From a bacterium (GTDB lineage: Bacteria; Electryoneota; JAOADG01): DNA of 64,000 nucleotides. Below the pieces are notes generated by a model that saw nothing but the letters and a program-made list of their open reading frames with translations, ran no database searches and was not told where the DNA came from. Of this stretch, positions 29,648-39,913 are shown one piece after another; position 1 is the first letter of the stretch; the number at the start of each line of letters is the position of its first letter. The position numbers and the translations under genes are program-made. The DNA lies in NCBI GenBank assembly GCA_963681965.1, contig OY820579.1:3904001-3968000 (forward strand). Direction: 5' to 3'.

Positions 29648-30831
29648 CACGCCACTACTCCCTTCCGCCACCGCGCGACACCCCACCCGAGTAAGAGCAG
29701 ACAGATAGCGTTGGCAATCGTCAACATCAACAATTCAGGAGTAGCAGCAGACCACGGGATTTGCATCACGCAGAGTTTGAAGTATCCGAAGGTAAAATGG
29801 GTGTGCGGTAAAATCTTGGCGTACCAGAAGTGCGGTGCGAGCATTGCATCGAGCGGGAAGGTGTAACCACTAAACAGAAACGCCGGAGTATTGATAATGA
29901 TCGATACTTCGGCAGCAAATTGACAGTCTTTGATCCATGTCGATAAGACAAATCCCATCAGAATCGATGCTGCCGAAAACATCAGGTAGAGAACAAAGAA
30001 GCGGAAGTAATTACCGGTTAATGTGACATTGAATAGCGGCATAACAATAAACAGAGTGATCGAAATGATCATTGAATGCACCAATATGATCGGCAACGCT
30101 TTTCCCAGATAGAGCCGCGACCACGAATTCCGTGCCAGCGCGAGTGCGTCCTTCAGCGTGTCGGAAGCTATTTCGCGATTGATCCGTTGCGCCGCGATCA
30201 TCATCAATCCCATCTGAAATGTGAAGATGAGCATCAGCAGTACTAGATATTGCTCGTAGTTGTAGTTGGGATTGAACAACGAATGATCGACGACGCGAAT
30301 CGGCGCTGCCGCTGCCATCGCCTGTTGCGGCATCATCCCTTTCGCTTGGAACGATTTCAAATTCTTTCCGGTGGAAAAGGTGCGGATGATGGTTGACGCA
30401 TCCTTCAGTACCGTGTTGCCGACAATCAGATTGGCATTGTTCTTGTAAACCGTCACGGTTGCAGTCTGATTGGTTTTCAGTTTACGGGATAGATCGGCGG
30501 GAAAATGGAATGCTGCCTGTATTTTTCCGGACTGAAATAAATTCTCGATCTCGTCAACCGAAGTCACGGTCTCAGTCACTTGGAACGAGCGGTTGGCATC
30601 GACGGCACGGATCATCTGTCGCGACACTTCGCTGCGATCCTCATCCCAAACGGCAACCGGCATATCCAGCAAAACACCACGCGCATAGATTCCGGTTAAA
30701 ATCAGGATTAAGGCAATCGGGATTACGACAAGAATCAGGAATGTCGTGCGATCGGCACGAATCCTCCGCCATTCCCGCCAGGCAATTGCGGAAATCGATT
30801 GACCGAAAGAATTTGCCGGTTGCTTCGACAT
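29647..30831 (-). CDS. ABC-2 family permease (YbhS-like)
   Basis: PVAVWDED.S..SR, LFNP.YNY, PAFLFSGYTFP..AM. Confidence 0.88.
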   Translation of the reverse strand: MSKQPANSFGQSISAIAWREWRRIRADRTTFLILVVIPIALILILTGIYARGVLLDMPVAVWDEDRSEVSRQMIRAVDANRSFQVTETVTSVDEIENLFQSGKIQAAFHFPADLSRKLKTNQTATVTVYKNNANLIVGNTVLKDASTIIRTFSTGKNLKSFQAKGMMPQQAMAAAAPIRVVDHSLFNPNYNYEQYLVLLMLIFTFQMGLMMIAAQRINREIASDTLKDALALARNSWSRLYLGKALPIILVHSMIISITLFIVMPLFNVTLTGNYFRFFVLYLMFSAASILMGFVLSTWIKDCQFAAEVSIIINTPAFLFSGYTFPLDAMLAPHFWYAKILPHTHFTFGYFKLCVMQIPWSAATPELLMLTIANAICLLLLGWGVARWRKGVVA

Positions 30832-30838
30832 TGCTGTG

Positions 30839-31819
30839 CTACAATTTCACTCGAGCCGTCATTCCCGCTCGCAGTCCGGCAATGGGCAACGCCGGTCGGA
30901 GCTGAATTTCGAATGTTTTGAGATCGAAATCGCCTTTCTGATTGGTCGCACGCCAGGTAGCGAAATCCGCCATCGGCGCGATATAAGCGACCTTCAACGG
31001 TACAGCGGACAGCGACAATGCCGGAATATCGGCGTCGATCGACGCACCCATCGAGAACTTCTTCATCAGATCTTCGCGAACTTGCAGTACGATCCACTGA
31101 TCGGGCGATTTCGTGACGGTAACGATTGGATAACCTGAAGCCACCATTTCACCGGGATCGACAATCAGTTTACTGATTTCGCCCTCGAGCGGGCTGTAGA
31201 TATGCGTCTCAGACTGATAGGAGAGTGCTTCAGCAAATCCGTTTTCAGCCTGGCGGAACAGCGCTTCGGCACCGCGAATTTCCTCGCTGCGAGCACCACT
31301 CTTTACCATTTCGTAACGGGCTTTAGCGGCATCGCGTTGCTCGCGGGCAGCTTTATATTGAAACTCGATTTGATCTTTTTCTTGCGTGGAAACGACGCTG
31401 TCGGTAAACAGTGCATGTACCCGATTCCATGTTTTCTCGGCTAAATCGAATTGCGCTTGCGCCTGATTAAACAGCTTTTCCGCCCCTTCACGCTCTTCGG
31501 GGCGAGCGCCGTTGCGTGCCATATCGTATTTCGCTTGAGCGGCATCCCGTAGCGCACGCGCTTGTTCGACTTTAGCATCGACTTCGCGACTCTGGATGGT
31601 GAATAGCAGTTGTCCTTTCACCACATGATCGCCGCGACTGACTACCACACTGTCGATGCGTCCCGGAATTTTCGATGAGACATCGATTTCAGTCGCTTCA
31701 ACCATGCCGGTCAGGATAGTCGGATTCGGAAGCAGTGCATTGACGATGATTATCACGATCACAATCACCAAAATCGACAACAGCAGCGTCAGTATTTTTC
31801 CCGAGTTTCCCGCTTTCAT
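30839..31819 (-). CDS. HlyD-family periplasmic adaptor
   Basis: TM anchor, VSSKIPGRI..GD.V.KGQ.L, coiled-coil hairpin, ADFATWRAT..FDLKTFEI. Confidence 0.9.
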   Translation of the reverse strand: MKAGNSGKILTLLLSILVIVIVIIIVNALLPNPTILTGMVEATEIDVSSKIPGRIDSVVVSRGDHVVKGQLLFTIQSREVDAKVEQARALRDAAQAKYDMARNGARPEEREGAEKLFNQAQAQFDLAEKTWNRVHALFTDSVVSTQEKDQIEFQYKAAREQRDAAKARYEMVKSGARSEEIRGAEALFRQAENGFAEALSYQSETHIYSPLEGEISKLIVDPGEMVASGYPIVTVTKSPDQWIVLQVREDLMKKFSMGASIDADIPALSLSAVPLKVAYIAPMADFATWRATNQKGDFDLKTFEIQLRPALPIAGLRAGMTARVKL

Positions 31820-33303
31820 TTTCCTACCTCCCCGTTCTGCCAGACGGTAATCATTTCGGATGGTATCCCGGCAGCGACATACAGTTCTGTCATCGACACA
31901 TTCCAGTCGTACAGCGATTGCAAGCGTTCGAGCCGGTTCTTTTCGTAGCTCAATCGGGCATCGATCACTTCCAGCGACGGCACCATTCCACTTTGAAATC
32001 GCTTCTCATTCTGGCGGAGACTCTCTTCGGCTAATGCGACATTCGCTTCCTGTTTGCGATACCGATATTCGGCATCGCGCAATTTCCGGTAGGTCTGTTC
32101 GACCCACAATTTTACTTTTCGCGAAGCATCGGCGCGCATCGCGGCGACTTCCCTGGTCAAATGTCGATCGGATTGCGTGCGATGATAGGATTGTAACCCG
32201 TCGAAGAGTGTGATACTGGCTTGGATCCCGATCACCCACCGGGGATCAAGACTCGATTGATATTGCGGATAGGTCTCGTATTTACCGAATGCAGCCACTG
32301 TCGGGAGCATATCGGCACGATCTGCTACTATTTTCGTTTTGGCGGAACTCTGCTTTGCATCGATCATTTGAAGCAACGGCTGATTCCGCTCGGCAAGTGT
32401 TAAGAATCTCGCGAGCGAATCGTTGATCATCGCCGGATGGAGCGTATCGGATAGTTCGATAACATCGCTGTTGGAATATTGCACGGTCAAACGCAAGGCG
32501 GTACGAGCCAATTCCAAGCGATTGCGGTCATCACTGAGGTTGCGTTCGGCATCGGCGACGGCTACTTCCGCGCGCAGCAGTTGTGCCCGCGCAATCAAAC
32601 CTTCCTGAAACAGTTTCCCGGCATCGGAACGATGTCGATTCATCCCGTCGAGTACGTCAGCTCGCACCTTCACGACATCCTGCAAGAGCAAGACCGCGAG
32701 ATAATTCCGGACCGTTTCAAACAACACTTCGTCGTCGACTTTGGTCAATTCCGCTTCGGCAAATTTTCGCTCGGCGTGAGCATATCGCTTTCCAGCCACT
32801 ATTTTACCACCGGTAAAAAGTGGTTGTACACCGACGACTGCAAGCGTTTTATAATCCTGTTGTTTGATCCGGTCGACAAATCGTGGAATCGCCGCGTCTA
32901 GTTGCGCAAACGCCTGTTGATAGACGGCTTGACGTTGCGCCGGAGTCAGCGCCGGCTGCGATGCAAGCAATTTTCCGATGTTGGTAAATTCCACCTGATT
33001 GCTTGCCTGCAGTTGAATCATGGCACTGCGAATCGGCGACAAATCGAATTCCAATGGGTCGTTCAGATGGTTGTAACTCCCATCCAGCCGTATCGTCGGG
33101 AGGAACCGTCCTAACGCTACCCGGTCTTCGAGTTTACGCTCTTCGAGTCGTTCGCGGTATTGCTGCACAGCGGGATGTCCCTTGTGCGCCAACCCGATTG
33201 CCTGTTTTAGTGTCAATGGTTCGGAATGGACTGTGACAAAATTGCACAGCGCAACCAGAACAGTGAAATAGGACACTAAATATTTATGTGAGTATATTTT
33301 CAT
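31816..33303 (-). CDS. TolC-family outer-membrane channel
   Basis: Signal peptide, LTLKQAI..A, QPLFTGG, RFQSGM...LEV.DA; start 33303. Confidence 0.9.
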   Translation of the reverse strand: MKIYSHKYLVSYFTVLVALCNFVTVHSEPLTLKQAIGLAHKGHPAVQQYRERLEERKLEDRVALGRFLPTIRLDGSYNHLNDPLEFDLSPIRSAMIQLQASNQVEFTNIGKLLASQPALTPAQRQAVYQQAFAQLDAAIPRFVDRIKQQDYKTLAVVGVQPLFTGGKIVAGKRYAHAERKFAEAELTKVDDEVLFETVRNYLAVLLLQDVVKVRADVLDGMNRHRSDAGKLFQEGLIARAQLLRAEVAVADAERNLSDDRNRLELARTALRLTVQYSNSDVIELSDTLHPAMINDSLARFLTLAERNQPLLQMIDAKQSSAKTKIVADRADMLPTVAAFGKYETYPQYQSSLDPRWVIGIQASITLFDGLQSYHRTQSDRHLTREVAAMRADASRKVKLWVEQTYRKLRDAEYRYRKQEANVALAEESLRQNEKRFQSGMVPSLEVIDARLSYEKNRLERLQSLYDWNVSMTELYVAAGIPSEMITVWQNGEVGK

Positions 33304-33382
33304 TGTGAGCGAATGCTCCCCTAGAAATCCCGGTCGTTTTAATTTTCCGGCAATCCGTCTCGAAATCTCGAATGGACTTACC

Positions 33383-33400
33383 AAACTGACTGGTTGGTTT
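33383..33400. promoter_or_regulatory. Possible TetR-type operator between the divergent efflux operons
   Basis: Imperfect palindrome AAACTGACTGGTTGGTTT. Confidence 0.35.
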
Positions 33401-33483
33401 AAATTATCTTATTTTTATACCAAATGCAATTGTCGTTGATATTATTGCATTTACAACATTCAATCTGAGAGTAGCACAGCAGA

Positions 33484-35283
33484 ATGCCCGATTTCGATCA
33501 ACAGGATTTGGAAGAACACCACTCCAGCTCGTTGCGTAAACGCGTAGCGGCACTTCGTCGTGTCTTGCCTTATGCCCGACCCTACCTAAGCAGTTTTGTC
33601 TTGGGGGGGATATTCATGTTGATTACGACGGCTGCTTCGGTCTTTCAGCCATTGCTTTTCCGCCGCATTTTCGATGTCAACCTCCCGGCGAAAGATTCAT
33701 TCGGTGTCATCATTTCCTCTTCGATCTTCTTGGGATTACTCGGTATTGCGACGTTCTTCCGGTATCTGCACAATATTTATCTCGGTAAAGCGGGCGTAAG
33801 CGTTGTCAACGATCTGAAGCGGGTTGTGTTCGACAAGATGCTGACGTTCGAGCTGGCATACTATGACAAGAATCCGGTCGGCAGGTTGGTTGCGCGCGTG
33901 GAATCGGATTGCGAGCGTTTGGTTAGTTTGTTTACGACGGTCGGGTTGCAACTCATCTCCACCTTTATTTTCATCGCCGGTATTCTGGCGGTGTTGTATC
34001 CGATCGATTGGCGGCTCGCAGTAGCACTCAATCTGCTGGTGATCATCGTTATTACCAGCGCGCTGATATTCTTCAACCGGATGCGTCCGAAATTCCGCGA
34101 GGAGCGTGCGAAAATCGCCGCCGTTACAGCAGTTGTCACTGAATTTACACAAGGTGCAAGATTGCTGCGCATGATGGGTCGGGAGGCTTATGCCGAGCAG
34201 CGATTGAGTTCGGTGAATGCGGATAAAGTCTCCTTTCAAATCGGTATCTTCATCCGGTTCACGACATTCTTCCTGCCGCTGGGATTGTTGAATATTGCCG
34301 CCGTCGGTGGAATACTCTGGATTGGTGCCGATTGGCAGCGGGTCGGCGCATTTACTGTCGGTACGGTGGTGATGTTTGCGCAGTATCTCGCACAACTCTT
34401 CCAACCTTTGTTTGAAATGACCGAGCAACTGGGTGAAATCCAGCGCGCACTGGGATCGGCAGATCGGATTCTGGAATTGTTGGATCGCACACCGGTCGTT
34501 TCGAATCCGAGTAGTCCGAAACCATTGCCAGCGCTGACGAGTACAATCTTGCTGAACAATGTCAGCTTCGCTTATGATGCCGAAAAACCGGTACTCAAGA
34601 ATGTTTCGCTGGCGATTCCCGCAGGAAAGCGAATTGCCATTGTGGGACCGACCGGTGGCGGTAAATCGACGATCATCAATCTGCTCTGCCGGTTTTACGA
34701 TCCGATCGCCGGAACGATTACCTGGGATGGGATCGACCTTCGCAACGTGTCGCAAGAAGAACTCCGCTCGCGGATTGGTTTGGTGTTGCAGGATCTCTAT
34801 CTCTTCCCCGGAACCGTCGAAGAGAACCTGAAAGTGTTGCGCACCGATGTACCTCGTGAGCGCGTTCAACGCGCAATCGACCGGCTCGGAACCGGCGATC
34901 TGATTGCGAAATTGCCGAATGGACTGGACTCGGTGTTTGCCGAACGGAGTGCGAATATCTCCTTCGGCGAACGGCAATTGATCGCCTTTACGCGCGCACT
35001 GGTATTCGATCCGGAACTACTGATCCTGGACGAAGCCACTTCCAGCGTCGATCCCGAAACAGAACGGGCAATCGAGGATTCATTACAGAAGTTACTTTCC
35101 GATCGCACTGCGGTGATTGTCGCGCACCGGCTTTCGACGATTCGCAACGCCGACGCGATTGCCGTCGTGAAGAACGGCGAAATCATCGAATTGGGAACAC
35201 ACGATCAATTGCTGGCAAAGCAAGGGTTCTACAGCAAATTGTACCGGATCCAATTCCCCGGGAGCGACCATGTTCCAGCATGA
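33484..35283 (+). CDS. ABC exporter, fused TMD+NBD, heterodimer subunit 1
   Basis: 6 TM helices, GPTGGGKS, degenerate signature ISFGERQ, LILDEAT, AHRLST. Confidence 0.92.
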   Translation: MPDFDQQDLEEHHSSSLRKRVAALRRVLPYARPYLSSFVLGGIFMLITTAASVFQPLLFRRIFDVNLPAKDSFGVIISSSIFLGLLGIATFFRYLHNIYLGKAGVSVVNDLKRVVFDKMLTFELAYYDKNPVGRLVARVESDCERLVSLFTTVGLQLISTFIFIAGILAVLYPIDWRLAVALNLLVIIVITSALIFFNRMRPKFREERAKIAAVTAVVTEFTQGARLLRMMGREAYAEQRLSSVNADKVSFQIGIFIRFTTFFLPLGLLNIAAVGGILWIGADWQRVGAFTVGTVVMFAQYLAQLFQPLFEMTEQLGEIQRALGSADRILELLDRTPVVSNPSSPKPLPALTSTILLNNVSFAYDAEKPVLKNVSLAIPAGKRIAIVGPTGGGKSTIINLLCRFYDPIAGTITWDGIDLRNVSQEELRSRIGLVLQDLYLFPGTVEENLKVLRTDVPRERVQRAIDRLGTGDLIAKLPNGLDSVFAERSANISFGERQLIAFTRALVFDPELLILDEATSSVDPETERAIEDSLQKLLSDRTAVIVAHRLSTIRNADAIAVVKNGEIIELGTHDQLLAKQGFYSKLYRIQFPGSDHVPA

Positions 35284-37018
35284 TTTCCGATGGTTCATGA
35301 ATTACTGGAAACAACGCCGCGGGCTGATGTTGACGGTCTTGATCCTGACGGTATTTTCGATCGTCGCGCGAACGGCATACCCGCTGATGTTCAAATTCGT
35401 GCTCGACAAACTGACAGCAAAAGCGGCACCATCGGAAATTCGCACTTGGGTCTGGTTCCTGATTATCGTCGGAGTCTATCAAGGGTTGATGTTCGCCATC
35501 CTCCCCAACTCGCGTGCTTACGGCAATCTGGTGTTCGGGCGATTGATGCGGGAAACGGTATTCCGGAAAATCCTGCGTAAAGGACACGACTTCTTCCTGA
35601 AATTCCGTACCGGCGATTTGATCACGCGCTTGACCGACGACATCGAAGGATCGGATCTAAAACTGTCGTGGTATAGTTGCAGCGGCGTGATGCGCCCGGT
35701 GGAAATGTCGCTGGTAATTCTGTTTTCGCTCGGTGTGATGTTCTCGCTGAATTGGAAATTGACATTACTAGTGTTTATCCCCCTGCCGTTTTTCATCTGG
35801 CTCTTGGCTCGGACGATGGGCATGCTGGAGAAACGCGCGCAGGAGCGACAGAAGGCGATCAGCGAAGTAAACGATTTACTGGAAACAAGTATCAGCGGGA
35901 TTCGGATCGTTAAAGGATTCTGCGCCGAAAAGCAATTGGGCGAAAAATTGACAGCGACGCTCTCGCATCGGGTCGATACCGAAGTCAGCTTTATTCGCAT
36001 CAATGCGATGGTCCAGACGGTCGGATTGATGGTGCAGAATTTCGGAATCGTAATCGGATTGTTTGTCGGTGGCGTATTGACGATTCGCGGCGAAATGACC
36101 GTCGGTAGTTTCTTCGCATTCGCCAATTATTTTCAATTCCTCGTCGAACCAATTTTTACGATCGGCTATTTCTTCGCGATTACGAAGATCAATTTTGCTT
36201 ATGTCGATCGGTTGAAGGAAGTTGAAAATTTCCCTGAACCGAAGCGATCGACAGTTGCCTGCTCCGAATCGATGCAGAAATTGGAATTCAAGAATATTTC
36301 CGCGAAGTTCCCCGATACCGAACGGATGATTCTCGAAGACGTGAGTTTCGCAATCGAGCCGCGACAAACCATTGCGGTGGTTGGACCGATCGGCTGTGGT
36401 AAATCGACACTGGTGGAAGTTGCCCTCGGCGAAATGAAGCCGGAATCGGGAGCAGTCTATTGGAATGATCGGAATATCGATCAACTCGAGCCACACAGCC
36501 GGCTATCGCACATTGGACTAGTACCACAAGAACCGCTGCTGTTCAGCGAGACAGTGACCGAGAATATCCGCCTGGGCGATCCTTCGATCTCCGATCAAGC
36601 GATCACGCAATCGTTGAATGCCTCGCGACTGGAATCCGAATTGAAGTTATTCCCGCACGGCGGCAACACACTGCTGGGTCAACGCGGTATCGAATTAAGT
36701 GGTGGTCAGAAACAGCGGCTGGCGTTAGCACGAGTATTAGCGCGCCGTCCCGATTTGTTATTACTCGACGACGTGACCAGTGCACTGGATGCCGAAACCG
36801 AACAAATGTTCTGGCGCAATTTCCGGACGGAATATCCCGACACGGCTGTATTGGTAGTGACCCACCGGCTCGCGACAGCGGCACAAGCCGATCAGGTATT
36901 GATGCTTGACGATGGAAAAATTGTTGCCTACGGACCACACCTGACATTGATGGAGACCAACGATCGGTATCGGGCATTTGTCGAACGCGAAGAGACGGAA
37001 GAGGCGGTAACGAAATAA
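35270..37018 (+). CDS. ABC exporter, fused TMD+NBD, heterodimer subunit 2
   Basis: GPIGCGKS, LSGGQKQR, degenerate Walker B LLLDD, THRL. Confidence 0.92.
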   Translation: MFQHDFRWFMNYWKQRRGLMLTVLILTVFSIVARTAYPLMFKFVLDKLTAKAAPSEIRTWVWFLIIVGVYQGLMFAILPNSRAYGNLVFGRLMRETVFRKILRKGHDFFLKFRTGDLITRLTDDIEGSDLKLSWYSCSGVMRPVEMSLVILFSLGVMFSLNWKLTLLVFIPLPFFIWLLARTMGMLEKRAQERQKAISEVNDLLETSISGIRIVKGFCAEKQLGEKLTATLSHRVDTEVSFIRINAMVQTVGLMVQNFGIVIGLFVGGVLTIRGEMTVGSFFAFANYFQFLVEPIFTIGYFFAITKINFAYVDRLKEVENFPEPKRSTVACSESMQKLEFKNISAKFPDTERMILEDVSFAIEPRQTIAVVGPIGCGKSTLVEVALGEMKPESGAVYWNDRNIDQLEPHSRLSHIGLVPQEPLLFSETVTENIRLGDPSISDQAITQSLNASRLESELKLFPHGGNTLLGQRGIELSGGQKQRLALARVLARRPDLLLLDDVTSALDAETEQMFWRNFRTEYPDTAVLVVTHRLATAAQADQVLMLDDGKIVAYGPHLTLMETNDRYRAFVEREETEEAVTK

Positions 37019-37423
37019 CGCGAAGTCGGGTCAAATCTTGCATTTGTCTAACTATACTAATAACCGTTATATACCCGTCAGCTGATCCGCAAATCATTGA
37101 ATAATTTCGATACCAATAAAACTCATTTTTGCGGTTATTTCTCATTGATTATGAAAGCATTAAATCTTTACTACTTGTATTTATAGAAATTTACGGTATT
37201 TTTTATTAATTTCGGATTTACAATTCATATCCTCTCGCGACACCGACACATTCATACCGTAACTAATTAAATATCATTTTATTATAATCACCATTCAAAG
37301 AATTGAAATTTATATAACCGATTTTGCGCTGCAAATTCGATTCATAGTGAGAATTAATAAAAATTATATTATATTTGTAGTACAATTTGTACTCTTACAA
37401 GAATAGACGAAATCGGGGGACCT

Positions 37424-38236
37424 ATGACGACAGAAAAAGGCATCGAGACGACTTTCGCACAGCACCTTGGTGATCTCACAAAATTGGTATTGCAACACCG
37501 AACTGAGTTAAATAAACAACTCGAACACAAAGAATTCGAAAAAGCCAAAGTAACCATCGATTCAATCCAATCGATTCTGGAAATATTGACTCGTCTGCGT
37601 ACGATCGAAATCGACTGGAAACGATTACAATCACTCACGGCTCCGGTAAGTTCCGATATCGTAAAGGGACCGAAAGGCAAGCGGGGTCGGCAAGCAAAAC
37701 CGGTTGCTCTGGAACCACTTACGGAAACGGTCGAGCTGGTCGAACCGAAGAAACGTGGTCGGAAACCGGGTCAGAAGAACGTCAAGACCGACAAACGAAA
37801 AGGAAAGCGGGGACGAAAACCCCGCAACGAAAGTTCCTCGTTACCGCATTTGAGTCAAAAAGAGTATTATCGACCGATACTCGAAACGCTGCACGAAAAC
37901 GGTGGTCAGCTCGAAAGCAATCGTTGCCGCGATCTATTGCGCAATCGCTTGACTCATGTCTTACAACCGGGCGATTTCGCTCCGGTCGGCGATACGAAAA
38001 TTGAGCGCTGGGCGTATCTCATTCCGTGGGCGAAATTAAAATTAGTGAAAGCCGGGTTAATGAGGGACGATGTTCCTCGAAAAATCTGGGCTATTTCCGA
38101 TCACGGGAAAGATTGGTTGACCGGAAAACTGGAATTGACGATCTCCAATATCGATAAACTTCATGGAGTACCGGGTGTTCCGGAAAGCGATGCGAATGCG
38201 GAACCGAAACGTCGCGGACGGAAACCGAAAAAATAA
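37424..38236 (+). CDS. Basic DNA-binding protein: coiled coil, AT-hook-like repeats and Mrr N-terminal-type winged helix
   Basis: KRGRQ, KKRGRKP, KRGRKP, KRRGRKP motifs; YRPILETL..GG..RW..IPWAK..LVKAGL..IWAISDHG matches the Mrr_N pattern; no nuclease domain. Confidence 0.75.
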   Translation: MTTEKGIETTFAQHLGDLTKLVLQHRTELNKQLEHKEFEKAKVTIDSIQSILEILTRLRTIEIDWKRLQSLTAPVSSDIVKGPKGKRGRQAKPVALEPLTETVELVEPKKRGRKPGQKNVKTDKRKGKRGRKPRNESSSLPHLSQKEYYRPILETLHENGGQLESNRCRDLLRNRLTHVLQPGDFAPVGDTKIERWAYLIPWAKLKLVKAGLMRDDVPRKIWAISDHGKDWLTGKLELTISNIDKLHGVPGVPESDANAEPKRRGRKPKK

Positions 38237-38261
38237 CCGACTAAGTTGTTTACGATCCTTA

Positions 38262-38294
38262 TAAAAACGCCGCTTAGCGGCGTTTTTCTTTTTT
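38262..38294 (+). terminator. Rho-independent terminator
   Basis: AAAAACGCCGC-TTA-GCGGCGTTTTT followed by CTTTTTT. Confidence 0.8.
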
Positions 38295-38417
38295 CGATGA
38301 TGCGAGTATAAACGACAACAGATATTCCGTTTACTAACAAAAAGATGAAAACTGACACAGATTTTTGCACTTTCACAAGAGAATAACTTGGAATGAAATT
38401 TGCTTCAATTTATGTTA

Positions 38418-38566
38418 TCATATCTCTTGAAAAAATGTGTCATTATTCAGTGTCAGCCTTCGATTGATAGGTACAGACAAGAGTGTCTATCTGTACAGTT
38501 CATTACGGACGTCCATTATATAGCGGATCGCCCATATTGGGGTAACAATTTTTTTGAGAAACACTA
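38418..38566 (+). mobile_element. Degenerate MITE-like element, copy 4
   Basis: TCTTGAAAAAATGTGTCATTATTCAGTGTCAGCCTTCG...GGATCGCCCATA..GTAACAATTTTTTTGAGAAACACTA; ends recognisable, interior diverged. Confidence 0.55.
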
Positions 38567-38596
38567 AAGACTAACCGTCACGCGACAGGAAATTCA

Positions 38597-39898
38597 ATGA
38601 CTACAGGACATTCATCCACAACTCTGCGAAAAATTGTGGAAATTACTGCCGGATTCCCGGTGATCTCCGAGACTTTTATCCTTGACATGCTAACCGGACT
38701 GATCGATCGCCAGTTACCAATGGAACATTGGACAACGGATCGTATCGAGCAATCGACGATTCATCCGAATGTTCTTAAATACGATTTGATGAATCGTACT
38801 AAATTCTTAAAAATTCCGCCACTCGTCGGTAATGACAGTGCCTGGACGCTGCAGTTCTGTAGGCTGAACAGCATCGATTCCATCGACACGATCGATGCGT
38901 ACCATGTTCATTTCGGTACGACATTTTTGCGATTGGCACCATATTTCCGGATCAATCAGCAACCGTTAATCGTCTCTTTTCACGGTTTCGATGCGTCGCG
39001 CACATTTCTCGAACTGGGCGACCATTGCTATGACGAATTGTTCGCTCGTGCATCGCTCATCACGACTCCCAGCCATATTATGAAAGCGGCATTGACGTCG
39101 CGCGGCTGCCCCGAACAGAAAATTCGGGTGCATCGCTATGGCATCGATATCACGAAATTTCATCCACAGGAGAAGCCGCTTCGACCCGATCGGATTGAAT
39201 TATTGACCGTCGGTCGGTTTGTTGAAAAAAAGGGGATTGGCGATTCGCTGCGAGCATTCGCGAAGCTTCCGAACCGGGAACGGTGCCGGTATCGGATCAT
39301 CGGCAATGGTCCGTTACTGGAAGAGATGCAGGCGATTATTGCCGAAACCGGGATATCAAAACTAGTTGAGTTATTAGGCGAGAAGACGAGCGACGAAGTC
39401 GCACAAGCAATGCGCGAAACCGACATTTTTATCCTGACGAGTGTCACCGCATCGACCGGCGATCAGGAAGGATTGCCGGTATCGCTAATCGAGGCACACA
39501 CCAATGGTTTGCCGGTTATCAGTACAATCCATGCCGGAATTCCGGAACTGGTCGCGCACGGCGAAACCGGTCTGTTGGCGGCAGAACACGATATCGATAC
39601 GATTGCCTCCCACCTATTCCGTTTGACGGAAGACGATCAACTACGTGCGAATATGGCACGTAACGCGCGAATTCGTGCTGTAAAAGAATTTAATATTGTG
39701 TCATTGAATGATAAACTGGCAGGCTATTTTTTCGAATTGCATGCTCAACATCACGAAGAAGTCGAAGACCCGATCGTGAAGGCGATTGGAATGGCGCAGA
39801 AAGGATATAAACGCGCCGCGAAGGCACAACTGGAACGATTGCTGACCGATCCGGTGTATGGCGAAGCAGCAGTAAAAGCACTTGCAGATCTAGAGTAA
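38597..39898 (+). CDS. GT4 glycosyltransferase (WcaL/AmsK-like)
   Basis: HVHFG, SFHGFD, VGRFVEKKG, GDQEGLPVSLIEA..GLPVIST.HAGIPE. Confidence 0.9.
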   Translation: MTTGHSSTTLRKIVEITAGFPVISETFILDMLTGLIDRQLPMEHWTTDRIEQSTIHPNVLKYDLMNRTKFLKIPPLVGNDSAWTLQFCRLNSIDSIDTIDAYHVHFGTTFLRLAPYFRINQQPLIVSFHGFDASRTFLELGDHCYDELFARASLITTPSHIMKAALTSRGCPEQKIRVHRYGIDITKFHPQEKPLRPDRIELLTVGRFVEKKGIGDSLRAFAKLPNRERCRYRIIGNGPLLEEMQAIIAETGISKLVELLGEKTSDEVAQAMRETDIFILTSVTASTGDQEGLPVSLIEAHTNGLPVISTIHAGIPELVAHGETGLLAAEHDIDTIASHLFRLTEDDQLRANMARNARIRAVKEFNIVSLNDKLAGYFFELHAQHHEEVEDPIVKAIGMAQKGYKRAAKAQLERLLTDPVYGEAAVKALADLE

Positions 39899-39913
39899 TT
39901 CGGTGTGCTTATT

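Noticed and set aside
33736-34977. 413-aa antisense ORF, and similar ones such as 52653-53444 (-) and 46626-47360 (+)
   Set aside because: They lie opposite well-conserved genes and have no motifs; shadow ORFs from codon bias
37424-38236. Mrr restriction endonuclease or defence system
   Set aside because: Only the N-terminal winged helix is present, with no catalytic motif and no neighbouring defence genes
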